From: an uncultured Kiritimatiellota bacterium
GTDB lineage: Bacteria > Verrucomicrobiota > Kiritimatiellia > RFP12 > DVOR01
DNA: 64,000 nucleotides
Direction: 5' to 3'
Assembly: GCA_944389545.1 (NCBI GenBank)
Contig: CALXMT010000002.1
Location: 108,645-172,644, forward strand
Shown: positions 9,708 through 17,095 of the stretch, piece after piece
Layout of the letters: each line of letters opens with the position of its first letter
Position numbering within the stretch: the first letter of the stretch is position 1
Translations under genes and position numbers: made by a program
The notes under the pieces: generated by a model
Seen by the model: the letters and a program-made list of their open reading frames with translations, nothing else
Database searches by the model: none
What the model was told of the DNA's origin: nothing

Positions 9708-10845
9708 GGTGCAAATAGGAACACACGCCTAGGCCGAAACCCTTTTCGCCCAGGTCGGAACGTTGGCTCAGGTGCAGGACTTCAATCAACTTCGCAGCCT
9801 CGGCCGTGTCGGCGCATTCAAAGACGTAGCAAGCCCCTGCGGGGACGGCCAGTTCTGTGGGCTTGGCCCCATCCAGGGAGTCCCACCCTGAAAAGACCAC
9901 GGGAGTGCCGATGCGCGCGGCGATGAGGTGTGCGGAAGGGAAGGGTTTCAATTCCGCCTTGGCCCGTGCCCGCCAGGCCTTGCGCGATTCACCGGGGTGC
10001 CGCTCCACTTCGTTCATAGGAATCATTACGTGCCCGGCCTCATCGAGCCAGTTCGGATACCATCCCTTCATGAAGAGGGCCGGCGCCAAGAGCGTCCACC
10101 GCACGAACCGCGAGGGCGTTCCCTGCGGCAGAGCCTTCAAGCGCGCATCGAGGCTCGCACCTCGCACCGCGTCAAAGCGCACTGTGCCGCCCTGCCCGCC
10201 GAAACGCACGTCGTGTCCGGCCAACGTCGCGGACTTCTCCTGGCGCACATCGCACAGCATGGAGACACCCGGGGTCAACCGCAACGTCTCCATCCACCAC
10301 TGTCCGCTGAGTGCATTCTGGTCCCGCACCGACGTGTGCTTGGTGTCGTCAAGCGTTGTCCCTACGCGCGGTTCCCTGTGGTATAGTTCCGGGATTTTAG
10401 TCTCCACGCCTGCAACCGTCTCCCCGCGCAGATAACATGCGTATCCTTCGGTCGAAACCCATGCGGGGAGCGACTTCTTGCCTTCGGTGTTGTCCAGGAA
10501 ACCATGCGTCAGCGGCGCGGGCAGGTCTGTTGTCTCCTTTGTGATGGGGATTAGCTTCATGTCCCAGTCCAAAGGCCTTGGTAGGTAGAGCGTTCCCTCG
10601 CGCAGGGGGAAAGGGCCGCGAACCGCCAAGTCGGTCACGCTTCCATAGTGCTGAACCTCCGGTTTATCCGGGTCACCGAGCAACGTGTGGATGACGGCAC
10701 TGAAGAGCAGGTCCGGTCGCGGCCAATTGGCCCCGTGGCCCACCATCCGCAGGTTGGTACTTTGGCGTTTTTGGGTATCCATGGGTCGCGCGTCTCGGAA
10801 AAAGAGCACGTCCCGCGGCGTCAGTTCATAAGAGAGTGCATCCAT
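9700..10845 (-). CDS. cmr3: Cmr3 (Cas5-family subunit)
   Basis: 381 aa; N-terminal LTPRDVLFFRDARPM typical of Cmr3 and C-terminal glycine-rich loop GEKGFGLGVCSYL. Confidence 0.7.
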   Translation of the reverse strand: MDALSYELTPRDVLFFRDARPMDTQKRQSTNLRMVGHGANWPRPDLLFSAVIHTLLGDPDKPEVQHYGSVTDLAVRGPFPLREGTLYLPRPLDWDMKLIPITKETTDLPAPLTHGFLDNTEGKKSLPAWVSTEGYACYLRGETVAGVETKIPELYHREPRVGTTLDDTKHTSVRDQNALSGQWWMETLRLTPGVSMLCDVRQEKSATLAGHDVRFGGQGGTVRFDAVRGASLDARLKALPQGTPSRFVRWTLLAPALFMKGWYPNWLDEAGHVMIPMNEVERHPGESRKAWRARAKAELKPFPSAHLIAARIGTPVVFSGWDSLDGAKPTELAVPAGACYVFECADTAEAAKLIEVLHLSQRSDLGEKGFGLGVCSYLHLD

Positions 10846-12212
10846 TATTTATCCTCCCCCTGGCGCCACAGGAACGCCACACTCAGGAAAAGTCCCAGGA
10901 AGTCCTCCGCACGTGTTTTGCATTCCATCTTTAGGAAGGTTGCCAGCTTCGCCATGTCCAGCTTTCCTTTCATACCGTCCGTTCGCTCGATGGCGAAAGT
11001 CGTCTCCGCCAAGATAAGATCGGCCAAATCAGACGGCAACTCTCCTTTCAGTCCATAGGGCTGCAACAGTGCGGCCAACTTGTAGGGGAAACGCCCTGCC
11101 ACGTCCTTGCCGCATTGCGCGAAGGCATCAAAGAGGTCCAAACCGCAAGCGTCCCACGCTTCTCCATCTTGCTTGTATTTCCATTTGCTTCCCCACCATA
11201 GGATTTCACCTGACCGCTTGTGGATGGCCAGCGCCAACGCATTGCGGCCATAGGCCTCCTTTGCGCGGTGTTCCGCTTCCCGGGCGCGATTCACCAGTTC
11301 TTGCAAGGGCACGCTCTTGTGCCCGATGGCCACCCCCGCCGAGGCCGTCCCGCCGATCTGCGCGGAGAAATCTGCGGCCAACGCTTTCGCGCATGCCACA
11401 GCCAGATGCGCCGGCAACACTGCCAGCACATCGTCCCCGCCCACGTAGATGGATTGGCCTTGATAGTCTTTGATACGAGCTTCCGCCTTCGGGGCGAAGT
11501 TCAACAACAGTTCGCTGAATGCTTGGTGCTCCGCCTCGGTCTTGAAGGCACTCAAGCGCTTCCCCATTGTGTCGCCGTCCATCATGAGGACCGCCACGTA
11601 ATCGTCTTGTTTCACGGGGTCGTCAAAGGGAGCTTCTTCCGCGTGCAATCGCTTGATCAAGTTCATCGCGCCGAAGCCCAGCTTCTTGTCCAACACCGTC
11701 TCTTTGCCAGAGAGGATGTCCTTTGGATACTTGGTCGCCTCTTCCGGCCATGCGTCAAACTCGCGCGTGTTACGCCGTGCGGCCAACAATGCGCCGATGG
11801 TCTTGTAATCCTGACCCATATCGCCGGAGGGCTCCTCCAGGATTGCCCAAGAGGTTTGCGGGAAGGCCTTCACCTGCAGCAGAAAGGTCCCATCATGCGA
11901 CCACTCTGGGTGCACCTTCAATGCGCTTTCCGCCATTTCTCGCAACGCCGTTCGGAGCGCATCCGCCATCGCGCGCGCTGTTTCCGTAGCTGTTTCGCGC
12001 GGCACAAAGGCCAAGACGCGGTTCGGTAGACCAGGCCCCTCTCGTTTTGCCGGGAAGACCTCTTCGGCGCCCTCGGGCAATACCTTGAGCACTGTCTCTG
12101 TCAACTTTGACAACAAATCCGACCCCGCCCACAAATCTTGCGCGGTCTCGGCCTGTGCGATGAATCCCTGCACAGGCCCAAACTGAAAAAGCAACAACGC
12201 CTTGTCCTTCAC
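10845..12212 (-). CDS. cas10: Cas10/Cmr2, minimal form lacking HD domain, with intact GGDD cyclase palm (GTG start)
   Basis: 455 aa; LLLFQFGPVQGFIAQA (Cas10 post-HD motif), AVLMMDGDTMGKRL (palm metal-binding D) and IYVGGDDVLAVLP (GGDD). No H-HD-H-D motifs. Confidence 0.7.
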   Translation of the reverse strand: MKDKALLLFQFGPVQGFIAQAETAQDLWAGSDLLSKLTETVLKVLPEGAEEVFPAKREGPGLPNRVLAFVPRETATETARAMADALRTALREMAESALKVHPEWSHDGTFLLQVKAFPQTSWAILEEPSGDMGQDYKTIGALLAARRNTREFDAWPEEATKYPKDILSGKETVLDKKLGFGAMNLIKRLHAEEAPFDDPVKQDDYVAVLMMDGDTMGKRLSAFKTEAEHQAFSELLLNFAPKAEARIKDYQGQSIYVGGDDVLAVLPAHLAVACAKALAADFSAQIGGTASAGVAIGHKSVPLQELVNRAREAEHRAKEAYGRNALALAIHKRSGEILWWGSKWKYKQDGEAWDACGLDLFDAFAQCGKDVAGRFPYKLAALLQPYGLKGELPSDLADLILAETTFAIERTDGMKGKLDMAKLATFLKMECKTRAEDFLGLFLSVAFLWRQGEDK

Positions 12213-12225
12213 GGCAAGCCTCCTC

Positions 12226-12684
12226 TCAAATCCGTTTCATCCACCTCAGACGCAACACGTGCCACCCTGTGATTGCCGACGGCGCCGCCGCCTGGCCCGG
12301 GGCCGGTCGGCCTCCCCCTGCCACATCCGGCGACAACACATAACATTCCGCGAAGCATTCCCCGTCCAATTCCGGCAATCCCTCCGCGTTCAACCGCAAT
12401 GCCGGGCGCGGCACCCGCGGCTTCAACGTTCCCGCCGACACCCCCAGAAAGGCCTCCGCCGCACCCTGCGTCTCCGCGTGTCCCCAGAACGACCGAACCA
12501 CCGCCCCAGACGCCAACGCCTCCCGCAAGGTCTCCACCCTTATTTCCTCGATCTCCACACGCCACCCCCGCACCAACGTCAACGGGAAGGTATTTCCAAT
12601 CAACAACGTCCCACTCACGCCTTCGCCTCCCACTTTCCTGGCCTCCAGTTCCGGATGGCCTGGACGACATAATCGTTTGGGCAT
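12226..12684 (-). CDS. hypothetical protein (152 aa) between card1 and cas10; coding status uncertain
   Basis: ATG-initiated ORF in a locally GC-rich 400-bp gap. Overlaps the card1 3' end by ~70 nt and has no recognisable motif. Several alternative frames are also open. Confidence 0.3.
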   Translation of the reverse strand: MPKRLCRPGHPELEARKVGGEGVSGTLLIGNTFPLTLVRGWRVEIEEIRVETLREALASGAVVRSFWGHAETQGAAEAFLGVSAGTLKPRVPRPALRLNAEGLPELDGECFAECYVLSPDVAGGGRPAPGQAAAPSAITGWHVLRLRWMKRI

Positions 12685-13811
12685 GGCATCGGTAACTCTA
12701 GCAACATCAAATTACCGGCATCTTCGATTCGGGTCAATAGGTTTTGATAATCGGTCTCTACGTTTCCTTTGGTGTGCCCCAAGTTCTTGGAGGATGTCAC
12801 CAAGATTCCGCGTCCAAATGTACCACCATACTCATCAACAATATCACTGAATCGCTGAATTTGCTCGGAACTCACATACCCAGACTTACACTCTACAAGG
12901 TAAAGGCAGAATCCATCCGTGAATGAAACGTCAAATTCTTGCCTAGGCACACTTGTATCCTCAAAGGAGATACTTGCACCCCGTTGAAAATCATAACATC
13001 CTGGCAACCGTTTCACTTGACAGAGTACGTATGTCTCCAACCAAAGCCCTGTCACAAAACGGCAGGTCTCGATATCCCCTTTTGTCTGGCGCACGTTACT
13101 CAACAATCTCACACACCGCTCCGTTGCGGCACGGTCACGTGTTTTGTCCAAGAAATGTTTGGCTAAAGCGTCCAAATCTCCAGATAATACAGACTTAGCA
13201 TATTTTTGCATATCGCCTAGATGGTCGCTCATCTTACCGATATAACCACGGAATCCCCATCGATGTGCGCAAAGGGCACCTGCCAATTCCTCTTCTTCTT
13301 GAGAAACACCCCACTCGCCTGGGACGAAGATATCGGAAGAGCAGAGGCGCACGAATTGTTCTACGGTGGAGAATCCGCGTCTCAGATGCACTTCGCGGTC
13401 TCCACCCACATCAAGTACCCTGCGCGACTGTGTGTCTACATAAAAACACGATAATCCCGTCCAAGCATTAACTAAAGACAATGCCATCAGCTTGGTTCCG
13501 CCCGTGACGTTCGCGGCCACGGATTGCCCCTTATACTCCTCGTGTAGAGCAACAAAATCTTCTCGTAGACGCCGTTGGTTATACGAATCCACCAACTTAA
13601 TCGCTATCGGCATTTCGGCAGTGGCAAACACTGACACTAATCGTTTCGCGACCACCTCTGTCTTTTCTGTTGCCAATAAGATATGCGTTTTGGCCGGAAC
13701 ATTCAGAATGGCGAATGCCACCGGTAATTCCTGTTCGCCAATCAAATGCAATACGACATCAAACACAGACAGATTCTCTCCAAGCTTACTCATCGATCGC
13801 TCCTTGCTCAT
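12615..13811 (-). CDS. can2: CARF-domain + PD-(D/E)xK nuclease, Card1/Can2-like cyclic-oligoadenylate-activated effector
   Basis: ~398 aa; N-terminal Rossmann-like CARF with VTGGTKLMALSLVN. C-terminal EFDVSFTDGFCLYLVECKSG supplies the D...ExK catalytic triad. First gene of the cas operon next to the array. Confidence 0.65.
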   Translation of the reverse strand: MSKERSMSKLGENLSVFDVVLHLIGEQELPVAFAILNVPAKTHILLATEKTEVVAKRLVSVFATAEMPIAIKLVDSYNQRRLREDFVALHEEYKGQSVAANVTGGTKLMALSLVNAWTGLSCFYVDTQSRRVLDVGGDREVHLRRGFSTVEQFVRLCSSDIFVPGEWGVSQEEEELAGALCAHRWGFRGYIGKMSDHLGDMQKYAKSVLSGDLDALAKHFLDKTRDRAATERCVRLLSNVRQTKGDIETCRFVTGLWLETYVLCQVKRLPGCYDFQRGASISFEDTSVPRQEFDVSFTDGFCLYLVECKSGYVSSEQIQRFSDIVDEYGGTFGRGILVTSSKNLGHTKGNVETDYQNLLTRIEDAGNLMLLELPMPCPNDYVVQAIRNWRPGKWEAKA

Positions 13812-13847
13812 CAAACATCGTTAATCCTACCCCAAACTCCCAAAAAA

Positions 13848-16394
13848 GTCAACCATCCTCGCCTTTCGGTTGAAGGATGGTTGCGAGTCGTACGGGAAGT
13901 AGGACGACCCCGATGCCCTGTCGCAACGGGCTCTTGGCTGAGGGATGGTTGCGAGCTAAGTCATTGGTACAAGGAAGTCGAGTTGTCGCAACCGCCTTTC
14001 GGCTGAGGGATGGTTGCGAGGGCACGGCTCCCCAAGGAACCTACGTTCTTCAAGGTCGCAACCGCCTTTCGGCTGAAGGATGGTTGTGAGGGAGGGCAAG
14101 CTCTGCGCTCGACTCTCCATCTACGTCGCAACCGCCTTTCGGCTGAAGGATGGTTGTGAGACCATGCCAGAAAGGTATGGAGAGCTCGCCACAAGTCGCA
14201 ACCGCCTTTCGGCTGAAGGATGGTTGTGAGCTTAGTCGAGAAGACTAAGAAATTTTGGAAGGAAGTCGCAACCGCCTTTCGGCTGAAGGATGGTTGTGAG
14301 ATGGTCTCACGGCCTCAACCCGCAGCCCTGCAAAGTCGCAACCGCCTTTCGGCTGAAGGATGGTTGTGAGTCATCATCCACAACGGCTGCCTCACCCGCG
14401 CCGAGTCGCAACCGCCTTTCGGCTGAAGGATGGTTGTGAGTTACATCCAATGGATATGGATTTGATGAGGCTGTGTCGCAACCGCCTTTCGGCTGAAGGA
14501 TGGTTGTGAGACAAGGTCCAAAGAACGATTCATAAGGTCCATGTGTCGCAACCGCCTTTCGGCTGAAGGATGGTTGTGAGTTAAAGGTGTGGACCCCAGC
14601 TCCCTCTCGGAGTCTGTCGCAACCGCCTTTCGGCTGAAGGATGGTTGTGAGCCTATGGCTTTGACGAAAACGCCATCTTCCACATGTCGCAACCGCCTTT
14701 CGGCTGAAGGATGGTTGTGAGTTAAAGGTGTGGACCCCAGCTCCCTCTCGGAGTCTGTCGCAACCGCCTTTCGGCTGAAGGATGGTTGTGAGCCTATGGC
14801 TTTGACGAAAACGCCATCTTCCACATGTCGCAACCGCCTTTCGGCTGAAGGATGGTTGTGAGACTGATGCAGATTGAACTCGCCGCCCTGATGGAGTCGC
14901 AACCGCCTTTCGGCTGAAGGATGGTTGTGAGATGGGTGCCACCAAACCGCTTTCGACTTCTTTGAGTCGCAACCGCCTTTCGGCTGAAGGATGGTTGTGA
15001 GTGTGCGGCTATCCCGTGTTTATCTGTCAGCTGACGTCGCAACCGCCTTTCGGCTGAAGGATGGTTGTGAGCCAACAGAACCCGTTTCATAGATGAGAGC
15101 TCCAGTCGCAACCGCCTTTCGGCTGAAGGATGGTTGTGAGTTCTTGGCCTGGTCGCGTTTGTCGGAACGGATGTGTCGCAACCGCCTTTCGGCTGAAGGA
15201 TGGTTGTGAGTGCGGGGGCCTTGAGCGTCGCCGAGCTTGTCTGTGTCGCAACCGCCTTTCGGCTGAAGGATGGTTGTGAGAGCTCAACGCCCTCCTCAAC
15301 GCGCGCGCCGAGGAGTCGCAACCGCCTTTCGGCTGAAGGATGGTTGTGAGCACGGAGCGCCGGAGGCGCCCAAAAATCGCAGATGTCGCAACCGCCTTTC
15401 GGCTGAAGGATGGTTGTGAGGCCGAAAAGAAGCCCGAGCCCGCCGCCAAGCCTTGTCGCAACCGCCTTTCGGCTGAAGGATGGTTGTGAGACGTCAAGCC
15501 AGTTCGTCGTCGCGTTCTCCTGCGTGTCGCAACCGCCTTTCGGCTGAAGGATGGTTGTGAGTCGGAGGATGGCACCCTCCAGTTGCGCAATCTGGGTCGC
15601 AACCGCCTTTCGGCTGAAGGATGGTTGTGAGGTCACGGAAGAGACCGAGACGCTCTACGAGAGCGTCGCAACCGCCTTTCGGCTGAAGGATGGTTGTGAG
15701 TTGGCGACACCGTCCCCGTCTCCGCCACCGAGACGTCGCAACCGCCTTTCGGCTGAAGGATGGTTGTGAGTGGCCGGCGTGACCGCCAACGACGCCTTGG
15801 TCCGGTCGCAACCGCCTTTCGGCTGAAGGATGGTTGTGAGTCGTCTCCAATGCAGTTCAGTGTCGTGGCTCAAGTCGCAACCGCCTTTCGGCTGAAGGAT
15901 GGTTGTGAGCCGTCCAGAGGCGCGTCGTCCGGCCCTGGTCTGTCGCAACCGCCTTTCGGCTGAAGGATGGTTGTGAGCGGAAAAATCCGCGGCCTCGGCT
16001 CCACCGACGCGTCGCAACCGCCTTTCGGCTGAAGGATGGTTGTGAGTTTCCCCATCGGGCCTCGCCACGATGGGCACCAGGTCGCAACCGCCTTTCGGCT
16101 GAAGGATGGTTGTGAGTCCCGCTCGACGTGCTCATGCTTTGGTTTTCCGAGTCGCAACCGCCTTTCGGCTGAAGGATGGTTGTGAGGGGAATGCCGCATG
16201 ATGCCCTATGACGTTTGCGCGTCGCAACCGCCTTTCGGCTGAAGGATGGTTGTGAGTTGGAGTTAATGGAGACCACTCCGGTGGACATGGTCGCAACCGC
16301 CTTTCGGCTGAAGGATGGTTGTGAGCGCCAAGGCGCAGAAGCTCGCCGAGGAGGCGGGGTCGCAACCGCCTTTCGGCTGAAGGATGGTTGTGAG
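13848..16394 (-). CRISPR. CRISPR array, 37 repeats of 36 bp (GTCGCAACCGCCTTTCGGCTGAAGGATGGTTGTGAG), 36 spacers of 29-37 bp; leader at 16.4-kb end, degenerate repeats at 13.85-kb end
   Basis: Direct repeats every 69-72 bp. The three leftmost repeats are mutated (trailer end) and an AT-richer leader lies right of 16394. Inferred transcription is toward lower coordinates, co-directional with the cas genes. Confidence 0.95.
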
Positions 16395-16620
16395 TATATC
16401 AAAAAATCGGGTTGATTGCATGGGGGTTATTTGGCGATTTGCGCGAACCTCTGGGGAAAAGGGAGATTTTGTTTGGGATGGGCAGGCGTATTTTTTTTGG
16501 AAGGGAGAGACAACTTCTTCTGTGATAAGCAATTCTTATGTTTGTGCGGCGTGCGCGAACCTCCCAGGGTTTGAAGGGGGGTGATGGGTTCGCGCAGGGA
16601 AGGGGCGGAGAGGCCTTTTA
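16395..16620 (-). promoter_or_regulatory. CRISPR leader with internal GCGCGAACC(T)C repeats
   Basis: AT-rich start (TATATCAAAAAATCGGG...) and three copies of GCGCGAACCyC in direct or inverted orientation. Adjacent to the youngest repeat. Confidence 0.45.
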
Positions 16621-16631
16621 GAAGGGGTGTT

Positions 16632-16768
16632 GGCGGACCACTATAGGGTCTCGGTGTGGACCCCTATAAGGGTTGACCGCGGACCCCTATAAGGGTTGGC
16701 CGCGGACCACTATAGGGTCTCATCTGCGACCACTATAGGGGTCGGGGCGGACCCTTATAGGGTCTGAA
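16632..16768. repeat. iteron cluster A: six tandem ~22-bp units with near-palindromic core GACCACTATAGGGTC / GGACCCCTATAAGGGTTG, preceded by AGGGGTGTTGG
   Basis: Read directly from the sequence; cognate cluster at 47262..47400. Confidence 0.8.
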
Positions 16769-16782
16769 GGGCGGCTGGCGCC

Positions 16783-16855
16783 GCCCCGGAGAACGGAGAA
16801 CAGAGAACGGAGAACGGAAACGCCCCTGCGGGGCGACGGGCGAAGCTCCGAGAAG
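16783..16855. repeat. GAGAACR heptad tandem repeat + CCCCTGCGGGGCGACGGGCG module (mosaic intergenic repeat family)
   Basis: Same module at 22622-22735, 25995-26125, 33045-33215, 53487-53600 and inverted at 53700-53765. Confidence 0.7.
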
Positions 16856-16985
16856 ACCAAGCCGCTAAATTTCTAAACTTTTCTAGAGCGTCCTGCGTGC
16901 GGTAGCACGCCATTAATCTGCTCAAAATCTGCGAAAGCTGCGTTTTTCGGAGATTCGGGGTGCAAATGCATGACGGGTGAAGGCG

Positions 16986-17031
16986 GAACCAAACTTCTAA
17001 ACTTCCAAACTTCTAAACTTCTAAACTTCCA
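16986..17031. repeat. AAACTTCY octamer tandem repeat
   Basis: aacttctaaacttccaaacttctaaacttctaaacttcc; related copies at 26245-26275, 33476-33510 and 52600-52630. Confidence 0.7.
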
Positions 17032-17047
17032 TTTGCGGGTGCAAAAA

Positions 17048-17092
17048 AAAGGCCCCCGGGGGGCCGGGGGCTTTTTGGGGAGTGAGGGGTGG
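17048..17092 (-). terminator. Rho-independent terminator of glgP (GC hairpin GGCCCCCGGGGGGCCGGGGGC flanked by A/T runs, bidirectional)
   Basis: Perfect GC stem directly after the glgP stop codon, with an A8 run on one side and a T5 run on the other. Confidence 0.7.
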
Positions 17093-17095
17093 GCC

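Noticed and set aside
13877-16402. Numerous 60-280-aa ORFs on both strands inside the CRISPR array (repeating ...SQPSFSRKAVAT... / ...TTILQPKGGCD...)
   Set aside because: They are translations of the 36-bp direct repeat in different frames; periodic identical peptides reveal the artefact.
16632-16768. CACTATAGGG inside the iteron core resembles the T7 phage promoter core
   Set aside because: Only the 10-nt core matches, the full 23-nt T7 consensus is absent and the motif is part of a palindromic iteron; judged coincidental.
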